Assembly: GCA_965113315.1 (NCBI GenBank)
Contig: OZ220363.1
Length of the DNA: 64,000 bases
Direction: 5' to 3' (one strand)
From: Podarcis vaucheri
Lineage: Eukaryota
Part shown: piece after piece, positions 29,701-37,957 of the stretch
Layout of the letters: the number at the start of each line of letters is the position of its first letter
Numbering within the stretch: position 1 is the stretch's first letter
Program-made: the position numbers and the translations under genes
Notes under the pieces: generated by a model
Database searches by the model: none
What the model was told of the DNA's origin: nothing
Seen by the model: the letters and a program-made list of their open reading frames with translations, nothing else

Positions 29701-32700
29701 GTTCTCATGGATTGCCATTTTGGAACACACACACCCCAAGATAATGGGAGGAAATAACTACACCAGCTCCAAACTGGCATAGTTGATGAGCCTGATCCAG
29801 GGTCCTCGAAAAAGAATGAAGGGCTTGTACCCCAGCAGATCCAATGCTGTTTCTGATTTGCCCTCAAAATGCCCACTTTCAGTGCTTAGACTGGCTACTG
29901 CTGGTGAAAACACCACCAGCTAAGTCTAAACCAACAGAGTATTCTGTGGGCATCAGAATGGCCTCCATGATGGGCATGTCCCCCTGCTGATGGAGAGGAA
30001 GGACCACCCAAACGTAGCCCTGTCCAGCCAGTGGATTTGGGGGTCAGGATTGTTCTGTTAGTCATAACAGACAGAATTTTCATTTGAACAATGAAAGTAT
30101 AATAGGATACATATGGATAAACAGTATATGAAACAAACGTTAAATACAAAACATCCACATTTATAACTATGCGTGCTTTGGTAGCATTGGTCTGGTGATC
30201 AATTTTGTTTAAGATGTTATCAGACTGTAAAATGATAAAAGGCTTAGGTTTCGGTCTATTTTAAAGCAATAGTTTACACACATTTTGTTTCTTCCCTTCC
30301 CTCTGTGTTTTTGCTGCAGTTCCTGCTAAGATCCACTTGCCTAAAAATCTTGAAGGCATGGGAGCCGTTCACGCTCTCCGTGGTGAAGTCATCAGCATCA
30401 AAATCCCATTCAGTGGCAAGCCTGATCCAGTGATCACATGGCAGAAAGGGCAAGATCTTATTGATACTAATGGACACTACCAAGTTATCGTGACACGGTC
30501 ATTCACATCTCTTGTTTTCCCTAATGGTGTGGACAGGAAAGATGCAGGCTTCTACATTGTCTGTGCGAAAAACAGATTTGGCATCGATCAGAAAACAGTT
30601 GAATTAGATGTCGCTGATGTTCCTGATCCCCCAAGAGGACTGAAAGCAAGCGAGGTTTCAAGGGACTCGGTCAACCTGACATGGAATGCTCCAGCAAATG
30701 ATGGCGGAAGCCGAGTCACACACTATACTGTTGAGAAACGCGCTACCACAGCTGAGAGATGGATTCGTGTTGGCCAGGCTCGTGACACTCGATACACTGT
30801 GATAAACCTATTTGGCAAGACAAGCTATGTATTCCGTGTTATAGCAGAGAATAAATTTGGACAAAGCCAGCCTTCTGAACCTACAGATTCTGTAATAACA
30901 AAGGAAGATAAGACCAGAACAGTCAATTATGATGAAGAAGTTGATGAGGCCAGAGAAGTCACTACAGCAAAAGCAGCTCACTCTAATACAAAAGAACTCT
31001 ATGACAGATATATGATTGCTGAAGAACTTGGGCGGGGACAATTTGGAATTGCCCACAGATGTGTTGAGATAGTTTCAAAGAAGACTTACCTGGCCAAGTT
31101 TGTCAAAGTAAAAGGTGCTGATCAAGTGCTCGTAAAGAAAGAAATCTCCATCCTCAACATTGCTAGGCATAGAAATATCTTACAGCTTCATGAATCATTT
31201 GAAAGCCTGGAAGAACTTATCATGATCTCTGAGTTCATATCTGGAGTTGACATCTTTGAAAGACTTAATACTCCTGCATTTGAACTTAATGAAAGAGAAA
31301 TTATAAGCTATGTACGTCAAGTATGTGAAGCACTTGAATTCCTGCACAGTCATAGCATTGGTCACTTTGATATCAGGCCAGAGAACATCATCTATTTCAC
31401 AAGAAGAAGCTCCATAGTTAAAATCATTGAATTTGGTCAGGCAAGGCAGCTGAAACCTGGTGATAATTTCAGACTCCAGTTTACTTCTCCTGAATATTAT
31501 GCGCCTGAAGTCCATCAGCATGATATGGTCAACACAGCCACGGATATGTGGTCACTTGGAACCCTAGTGTATGTACTTCTAAGCGGCCTGAATCCTTTCA
31601 TTGCTGAAACAAACCAACAAACAATTGAAAACATCATAAGTGCTGAATACAATTTTGATGAAGAAGCCTTCAAAGATATCAGTATTGAGGCCTTGGACTT
31701 TGTTGACCGCCTGCTAGTAAAAGAAAGGAGAGCTCGCATGACTGCTACTGAAGCCCTTGAACATGCTTGGCTGAAGCAAAGGACAGAGAAAACAAGCACC
31801 AAAGTTATCAAAACACTGAGACACAGACGTTATTATCAAACACTGGTGAAGAAGGAATGGAACACAGTTGTGTCAGCGGCCCGTGTTGCATGGGGTGGTG
31901 CAGTCAGATCCCAGAAGGCCGTTACAGTTGCTAAAGTTAAAGTGGCATCAATTGACATTGGACCCATTACTGGGCAGATAATGCATGCTGTTGGAGAAGA
32001 AGGCGGGCATGCCAAGTATGTCTGCAAGATTGAAAACTATGATTCATCCACAGAAGTAACCTGGTACTTTGGAGTCAGACAATTGGAGAACAGTGAAAAA
32101 CATGAGATCAGCTACCATGAAGGAGTGGCCACAATGTATGTCAAAGACATTGCTAAATCAGACGACAGTACCTACAGGTGCAAAGTTACAAATGACTATG
32201 GTGAAGACAGTTCCTACGCAGAACTATTTGTTAAAGGTGTGAGAGAAGTTTCTGACTTTTACAGACGCAGAACTGTCAGGAGAGTGAAGCGCCGAGTAGA
32301 TACCTTGAGACTTTTGGAGAAGCCACCAGAATTTACGCTGCCTTTATACAACCGTACTGCCTACGTTGGTGAAAATGTCAGTTTTGGAGTAACAATAACA
32401 GTTCACCCGGAACCTCGTGTAACGTGGTTCAGATCAGGTCAGAAGATCAAACCAGGAGATGATGACAGGAAGTATACCTTTGAAACTGATAAGGGTCTTT
32501 ATCAGCTTCTTATCCATAATGTCAATGAAGATGATGATGCTGAATATACTGTGCTGGCTCGCAACAAATACGGCGAGGACAGCTGCAAAGCTAAGTTAAC
32601 CGTTGTTCAGCACGCTCCTCCAGAGGCTACCACGATGAGACCCATGTTCAAAAGACTACTGGCAAATGCAGAATGCCAAGAAGGCCAGAGTATCTGCTTT

Positions 32701-35700
32701 GAGATAAGAGTATCTGGAATACCAAAACCAGCACTAAAATGGGAAAAGGATGGACAGCCCTTATCAGCTAGTCCAAATATTGAAATTGTACATGAAGGAT
32801 TAGATTACTATGCTTTGCATGTCAGAGATACTTTACCAGAAGACAGTGGTTATTACAGAGTTACTGCTACAAACAGTGCTGGGTCAACAAGTTGCCAGGC
32901 TTACCTGAAGGTAGAACGCTCAAAATATATCAAGCGTCAATACAAGAGTGAAGAAGAGCGGCAAAAGCACGTACAGAAAAGCATTGACAAGACAGTGAGA
33001 ATGGCAGAAATCCTTTCTAGAACAGAATCTGTCCCATTGACAGATGTAGCACAGGAAGCTCTCAGACAAGCTGCTATCCTGTATAAACCAGCTGTAAGCA
33101 CTAAGACTGTCAAAGGTGAATTTGAACTTAAAAAAGAAGAAATTAAAGAAGAAAGGAGACTGCGGATGCCTTATGAGATCCCAGAGCCTCGCAGACGTGC
33201 AGCCGCTACTCTGGAAGAAGATCAGAACATCAAACTGTTTGTGCCTATGTCAGACATGAAGTGGTACAAGAAGCTGAGAGACCAATATGAAATGCCAGGG
33301 AAACTTGATAGAATTGTTCAGAAGCGACCAAAGCGCATTCGCCTTTCCAGATGGGAACAGTTCTATGTGATGCCACTGCCACGCATTACTGATCAGTATA
33401 AACCTAAGTGGCGCATACCCAAATTGTCACAAGATGATCTCGAGACCGTCAGGCCAGCACGCCGGCGTACACCATCTCCTGATTATGAATTTTATTACCG
33501 ACCAAGAAGACGATCACTCAGTGACCTGTCAGATGAAGAACTGCTGCTACCAGTTGATGATTATTTAGCCATGAAGAGAACTGAAGAAGAAAGACTGCGA
33601 CTTGAAGAAGAACTGGAGTTGGGCTTTTCTGCATCACCTCCAAGCAGAAGCCCTCCACGCTTTGAACTGTCTTCTCTCCATTACACGGCAGCAGATGCTC
33701 ATATTGCCACAGAGGAATCTAGGCAAAGAGAGCTGAGGTATGGCACTTATCACATACCCTCTAAAGAAGATACCGCTGCATCTTATGCACAGCTCCGGCA
33801 ACGCCATGACAGAGCAATTTATAGACCACCAAAACAAAAACAGAGAATTATGTCTGAGAAAGAGGATGAAGAGCTGCTGCGACCAGTAAAAACAACCCGC
33901 CGGCTTGCTGAATACAAGAGTGAGCTTGAGTATATGTCACAAGAAGAAAAGAGCCGACTGAGAAGAAGGAGAGAGAGAGAAATAACTGAGGTCAGATCAG
34001 AAGAGGAAGAGGAAGAAATAGAAATGGTGAGGCACGTTCACAGGGAATTTTCTCCTCCCTCAAGATTACTAGGAAGAAGGCGCTCTCTTTCTCCAACTTA
34101 CATTGAATTAATGCGTCCTGTGTCTGAATTAATTCGACCCCGATCACACCCTGTGGAAGAAACGGAGAGAAGATCTCCTACCCCAGAGAGAACACGGCCA
34201 CGCTCACCAAGCCCAGTGTCTAGTGAGAGATCTCTCTCACGATTTGAGAGGACAGCAAGATTTGATATATTTTCCAGGTATGAATCCATGAAAGCTGCTT
34301 TGAAAACCCAAAAAACAATGGAACGGAAATATGAAGTTCTGACTCAAGAACCTTTCACTCTGGATCATGCCCCACGCATAACTCTGAGAATGCGCTCACA
34401 TCGTGTACCGTGTAACACCAACACCAGATTCATTTTGAATGTCCAGTCCAAACCAACTGCTGAAGTGAAATGGTATCACAATGGTGTTGAAATTCAGGAA
34501 AGCCATAAGATTCATTTCACTAATACTAGTGGCGTATTAACCTTGGAGATTCTTGATTGCCATATTGATGATAGTGGTACATACCGTGCTGTGTGCACAA
34601 ATTATAAAGGAGAGTGTTCTGACTATGCAACATTAGATGTTACAGGAGGAGACTACACTACATATACCTCCCAGCGAAGAGATGAGGAAGTACCAAGATC
34701 TATTGTACCAGACTTGACAAGGACTGCAGCATATGCAATCTCCTCATTTAAGAAAGTCTCTGAAACAGAAGCAAGTTCTTCAATAAGAGCAAGCAAATCA
34801 GAACTGACAGAAACCAGAGAATCGCTATCATCATATGAGCACCATGCTTCTGCTGAAATGAGAGTCAGTGCTTCAGAGGAGAAATCACTGGAAGAAAGAG
34901 CTGTTCATCGGAAGTTTAAGACCACTCTGCCTGCAACAATATTAACAAAGCCACGGTCAATCACTGTCTCTGAAGGGGAGACTGCAAGATTTTCTTGTGA
35001 CATTGATGGTGAACCAACACCAACTGTAACATGGATCCGTGCAAGTCAAGCTATTGTTTCTTCTGGACGTTTCCAAGTAACACGTACGCAGTATAAATCT
35101 ACCTTTGAAATTTCATCTGTCCAGACCTCAGATGAAGGAAGTTACACTGTTGTGGTAGAAAATTCTGAAGGAAGACAGGAAGCCCACTTTAGTTTGACTG
35201 TACAAAGGAAAAGGGTCCCAGAAAAAGCAATTACATCACCCCCAAGGGTCAAATCTCCTGAGCCTCATGTGAAGTCCCCAGACAGAGTAAAATCTCCCAA
35301 GCGAGTAAAATCCCCTGAACCATCTCCTGCACACTCTAAAGCCAAGTCAACACCTGCAGGTAAAACAACACCATCAGAGAAAGCAGACTTGCCTGTTGCT
35401 GCTCCCCCTAAGATAAAACAACAGCTGAAAGTGGAAGCTTCTGGGGACAAAGCAAAATTCTTCTGTTCAGTTGAAAGCAGTGTTTTGAGTGTCCAAGAAG
35501 TAGCCTGGTACAAAGATGGCAAGAAACTAAAAGAGGATGATCATTTCAAATTGCATTATGCAGCTGATGGAACATATGAACTTAAAATCCATAACCTCAA
35601 GGAATCTGATCAAGGTGAATATACCTGTGAGATTATTGGGGAAGGTGGCGCCTCCAAAACCAACTTTCAGTTTGTTGGCCAAGCTTTTAAAAGTATTCAT

Positions 35701-37957
35701 TCTCAGGTGTCAAGCTTAAGCAAAACTCAAAAATCAGTTCAGAAAGAGTCTGAAATACCTGAGGTATCTGCCCAGAAAAAATCTGCAATGACTTCTCAAG
35801 AAAAGGCAGTGGTTGAAGAAGAATATGTTAAAAAGTCTCTTGTGTCTGATGAAGCTAAAACATCTTACACAGAAGTTAAATCTACTACCACTAAAATGAC
35901 TGTGTCTGAAGGTCAAAAATCTACCCTTAAAGCCAGTATTGCTGGTGCTTCTAATGTAAAATGGTTACTGAATGGAATAGAGCTAACTAACTCTGAAGAT
36001 TATAGGTATGGTGTATCAGGAAGTGATCATACTCTAACTATCCAAAAAGTGACCCAGAAAGATGAAGGAATAGTTACCTGTGAAGGAAAGACTGAACAGG
36101 GTATCATCAAATGTCACTTTGAAATGAGTCTTTCAAAAGATCAATCAAATGCCCCAGCCTTTATCATACAACCAAAATCTCAAAACATCAATGAAGGACA
36201 AGATGTGTTGCTTACCTGTGAAGTTTCTGGAGATCCTTCCCCTGAAATCCACTGGTTTAAAGATAACCAGCCAGTAAGTAATTACTTATGTCAGCCTTGA
36301 AATTAAATGACCCATTCATAACCCTGAGTATAACTTGATCTTAACAAAGTATCTCTTTCATTATCAGATTGCTCTCTCATCCAACATCCGAGTAAATCGC
36401 TCCAAGAATGTTTATTCTCTTGCAATCCAAAATGCTGCAGTGAGTGATAGTGGAAAATACACAGTCAAAGCGAAAAACTTCCATGGGCAGTGTTCTGCAA
36501 CAGCATCTCTGACTGTCCTTCGTAAGTTTTTTTAAGTCTTGTCTTAATATGAGTAGGGCTTCTACAATATGGCAAAAGCAGTTGATTGTTTTGATTCTTT
36601 GAAAAGCTGTTAGTTTCATTACTGAACCTAAAATGCAATATACATTATAATTACAAAATACTGAATTTAAAATATATGTACTTATATGTTTCTCACCCGC
36701 TCAGTGTTACCAGAAGGCTTTGAACATCTTGCTATTAACCCGTTGGTTCCAGTGATCACTATTTAATAAACTATCAGAATAATTAATGCCCAAAGGGTTA
36801 GTTCTCTGGATTTTTTTCTTACGTTTCATTAAACTTCTCAGATACAAACTTGCTGCGTTTTAAAATCATCTGGATACCAGGAGCCAACGGGTTTCTCTGT
36901 GTTTTGCTGTTGATGTATGTATGTGCTTGTGTTTAAGGAAAACAGCAGTGTTTTTTTTATGGTGGTGTAGTAGTTTTAATGGCAGAATACCTGCCGAGTT
37001 ACGTAAAGTAAGAAGGGAAAACAAAACACCATCCAAAGGGGCTGTATCTCAACAGCATGCATATTAAAATGAAATTATTATTATTCTTATTATTATTATT
37101 ATTACATGATTACAACGAAATTCTGTTTTCCTTAAACAGCAAGCCAGTCTCTTTCTCCATCCATAAAGTATATATATTTAAGTCACATGGCTTACCAGTC
37201 AACGTGATGTCATTGGTTTTTCCGTTCTATGTTTGCTATTGTCCACAGCTCTAATTGAAGAACCTCCAAAAGAGGTAGTGTTGAGAACAAGTGGTGATGC
37301 AAGCATGCAGGAAAGTTTCTCTTCGCAGTCATTTCAAATGTCCGCTTCTAAACAAGAAGCTTCGTTCAGCAGTAGCAGCATGAGTGAGATGAAATTTGCA
37401 AGCATGTCTGCCAAAAGCATGTCCTCCATGCAAGAATCCTTTGTAGAGATGAGTTCCAGCAGTATAATGGGGAAATCTAGTCTGACCCAACTGGAGAGTT
37501 CTTCTAGTAGAATGCTTAAATCTGGTATGAGAGGTGAGCAATACTATTATACGTAGAGTTAGAAAAACACCACAATATCCTAGATATGTAGAATTAGTCA
37601 TTATAGTAGAACTTCAGTTTCCGCTAAGAACTAACTTGATTTTTCCCCTTCCCATTTTGCAAAGGAATACCACCCAAAATTGAAGCTCTTCCAAATGATA
37701 TTTCCATTGAGGAAGGAAAGGTTCTCACCATATCCTGTGCCTTCACTGGTGAACCTACTCCTGACATAACATGGTCCTGCAAAGGGAAAAGCATTTCTAG
37801 TCAAGGTGGTAGATTCCACGTTGAAACCAGTGAAGACTTAACCACTCTTATCATCATGGATGTTCAAAAGGACGACGGGGGACTTTATACACTGAATTTA
37901 GGAAATGATTTTGGCACTGACTCTGCCACTGTGAATATTAACATTCGATCAATTTAA
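2..37957 (+). CDS. TTN: Titin (connectin), 3' part of the multi-exon CDS: A-band C-zone and P-zone, kinase and M-band; 5'-partial, 36 coding exons in window
   Basis: Fn3/Ig super-repeats (PGPP...W..P..DGGS.I..Y.VEKR), titin kinase with EFG motif, KSP repeats, C-terminus ...TVNINIRSI*. All exons join in frame through GT-AG sites. Confidence 0.99.
8978..9058 (+). mobile_element. Short LINE (L2-like) 3' end
   Basis: agagtggctgcggaaacccagccagatgggcggggtataaat + (att)n tail, shared with ~45305-45375 and 21905-21985 (reverse). Confidence 0.6.
9191..9487 (+). CDS. TTN: TTN A-band exon (Fn3), 297 bp
   Basis: ttctcag|AAAAACC...CTAG|gtatgt; phase 1-1. Confidence 0.95.
9800..10387 (+). CDS. TTN: TTN A-band exon (Ig+Fn3), 588 bp
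   Basis: tttcag|AATCT...TACA|gtaagt. Confidence 0.95.
10472..10774 (+). CDS. TTN: TTN A-band exon (Fn3), 303 bp
   Basis: tttag|CACCC...TGTG|gtatgt. Confidence 0.95.
10905..11201 (+). CDS. TTN: TTN A-band exon (Fn3), 297 bp
   Basis: tgcag|AGCCG...TATG|gtaaga. Confidence 0.95.
11454..11741 (+). CDS. TTN: TTN A-band exon (Ig), 288 bp
   Basis: ttaag|GTGCA...CTTG|gtatgt. Confidence 0.93.
11845..12144 (+). CDS. TTN: TTN A-band exon (Fn3), 300 bp
   Basis: acag|ATAAA...TTTG|gtaagt. Confidence 0.95.
12249..12551 (+). CDS. TTN: TTN A-band exon (Fn3), 303 bp
   Basis: tgcag|TTACA...ATAG|gtaaga. Confidence 0.95.
12699..13004 (+). CDS. TTN: TTN A-band exon (Fn3), 306 bp
   Basis: tgcag|AAAAA...CTTG|gtatgt. 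Confidence 0.95.
13112..14878 (+). CDS. TTN: TTN A-band exon (Ig-Fn3-Fn3-Ig-Fn3-Fn3), 1767 bp
   Basis: tgcag|AGGAG...GTAG|gtaagt. Confidence 0.95.
14977..15273 (+). CDS. TTN: TTN A-band exon (Fn3), 297 bp
   Basis: ttcag|ATCCA...GCCG|gtaagc. Confidence 0.95.
15445..16157. mobile_element. Older hAT-like non-autonomous element hosting the MITE
   Basis: Termini caggagtaggcaac / gcttcctcatccctg; degenerate 8-bp TSD ctgtaaat / ctgcaaaa; similar ends to the element at ~61064. Confidence 0.5.
15906..16041. mobile_element. hAT-type MITE, 136 bp, hairpin-forming
   Basis: Perfect 8-bp TSD cacttgag (15898-15905 / 16042-16049); long imperfect inverted arms. Confidence 0.88.
16378..16665 (+). CDS. TTN: TTN A-band exon (Ig), 288 bp
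   Basis: tttag|TTGCG...CACG|gtaact. Confidence 0.94.
16768..17067 (+). CDS. TTN: TTN A-band exon (Fn3), 300 bp
   Basis: tacag|ATACC...TATA|gtaagt. Confidence 0.95.
17158..19224 (+). CDS. TTN: TTN A-band exon (7 domains), 2067 bp
   Basis: tgcag|CTGTC...TTTG|gtaagt. Confidence 0.95.
19340..19642 (+). CDS. TTN: TTN A-band exon (Fn3), 303 bp
   Basis: gttag|TCCCA...GTTG|gtaagt. Confidence 0.95.
19732..20037 (+). CDS. TTN: TTN A-band exon (Fn3), 306 bp
   Basis: tacag|ATCCA...TACT|gtaaga. Confidence 0.95.
20136..20426 (+). CDS. TTN: TTN A-band exon (Ig), 291 bp
   Basis: catag|CACCG...CTTG|gtgagt. Confidence 0.95.
20547..20846 (+). CDS. TTN: TTN A-band exon (Fn3; resembles human A150/Fn3-119, the HMERF domain), 300 bp
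   Basis: aatag|ATTCG...TTCA|gtaagt; EKCTLAW..PQEDGGAEITHY...RLNWVIVE...NKYGPGVP. Confidence 0.93.
20969..21274 (+). CDS. TTN: TTN A-band exon (Fn3), 306 bp
   Basis: tacag|CTATC...TCAT|gtaagt. Confidence 0.95.
21447..21810 (-). mobile_element. CR1 LINE 3' fragment
   Basis: tagaatcatagaa tail; minus-strand remnant reads LTGDMIAIFKYLK (CR1 ORF2 C-terminus). Confidence 0.8.
21905..22103 (-). mobile_element. L2-like LINE 3' fragment with (AAT)n tail
   Basis: Reverse complement closely matches the 3' end of the element at 44868-45375. Confidence 0.7.
22395..22700 (+). CDS. TTN: TTN A-band exon (Fn3), 306 bp
   Basis: caaag|ATACT...CTAG|gtaatg. Confidence 0.94.
22810..23091 (+). CDS. TTN: TTN A-band exon (Ig), 282 bp
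   Basis: tatag|AAATA...TATG|gtaagt. Confidence 0.94.
23299..23892 (+). CDS. TTN: TTN A-band exon (Fn3-Fn3), 594 bp
   Basis: cacag|ATACC...AAAG|gtaaga. Confidence 0.95.
24002..24289 (+). CDS. TTN: TTN A-band exon (Ig), 288 bp
   Basis: tttag|TTCTA...CTGG|gtaaga. Confidence 0.94.
24410..24709 (+). CDS. TTN: TTN A-band exon (Fn3), 300 bp
   Basis: cacag|ACAAA...ATTA|gtaagt. Confidence 0.95.
24929..25231 (+). CDS. TTN: TTN A-band exon (Fn3), 303 bp
   Basis: tgtag|GTGTT...ATTG|gtaaat. Confidence 0.94.
25383..25685 (+). CDS. TTN: TTN A-band exon (Fn3), 303 bp
   Basis: ttcag|CTCCT...CTTG|gtaaga. Confidence 0.95.
25777..26361 (+). CDS. TTN: TTN A-band exon (Ig+Fn3), 585 bp
   Basis: cccag|AATTC...TTGA|gtaagt. 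Confidence 0.95.
26410..26697 (-). mobile_element. Old MIR/Squam3-like SINE with an inserted short hairpin element (~26533-26615)
   Basis: cctgtgaggaaggttagg...tgactgcccaa core and ...aatactcttaactgctatgcca head. Confidence 0.55.
26733..27038 (+). CDS. TTN: TTN A-band exon (Fn3), 306 bp
   Basis: aacag|ATCCT...TTTG|gtatgt. Confidence 0.95.
27139..27438 (+). CDS. TTN: TTN A-band exon (Fn3), 300 bp; missing from the ORF track
   Basis: tgcag|ACAAA...ACAT|gtacgt; encodes KPSQPGEIEITSISKDSITLEWERPECDGGKEI... Confidence 0.93.
27794..28369 (+). CDS. TTN: TTN P-zone exon (Ig-Ig), 576 bp
   Basis: tatag|CTGGA...CAAG|gtatgt. Confidence 0.95.
28453..28758 (+). CDS. TTN: TTN P-zone exon (Fn3), 306 bp
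   Basis: tgtag|ATAAA...TTTG|gtaagt. Confidence 0.95.
28853..29446 (+). CDS. TTN: TTN P-zone exon (Fn3 + Ig A168), 594 bp
   Basis: tacag|AAAAG...GAAG|gtaaga. Confidence 0.95.
30320..36273 (+). CDS. TTN: TTN large M-band exon, 5954 bp: A169-A170, titin kinase, M1-M6, M8 and first half of M9 (covers the region of human Mex1-Mex3)
   Basis: tgcag|TTCCT...GCCA|gtaagt; one open frame containing GRGQFG, HFDIRPEN, IEFG, four KSP motifs; phase-0 3' end. Confidence 0.96.
36368..36521 (+). CDS. TTN: TTN Mex4-equivalent exon (second half of M9), 154 bp
   Basis: atcag|ATTGC...CTTC|gtaagt. Confidence 0.95.
37249..37533 (+). CDS. TTN: TTN Mex5-equivalent exon (Ser-rich is7), 285 bp, symmetric and skippable in frame
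   Basis: cacag|CTCTA...AGAG|gtgagc; LIEEPPKEVVLRTSGD...MKFASMSA. Confidence 0.95.
37665..37957 (+). CDS. TTN: TTN terminal coding exon Mex6 (Ig M10) with stop codon
   Basis: caaag|GAATA...; GIPPKIEALPNDISIEEGK...TVNINIRSI-TAA (37955-37957). Confidence 0.97.

Noticed and set aside
33901-34260. Arg/Ser/Pro- and Glu-rich low-complexity coding stretch, and the KSP repeats at ~35233-35330
   Set aside because: Normal titin is2 and is4 insertions; four KSP motifs as expected.
224-36000. Many minus-strand and alternate-frame ORFs over TTN exons
   Set aside because: Antisense shadows of titin codon usage; they recur with the super-repeat and have no independent domain content.
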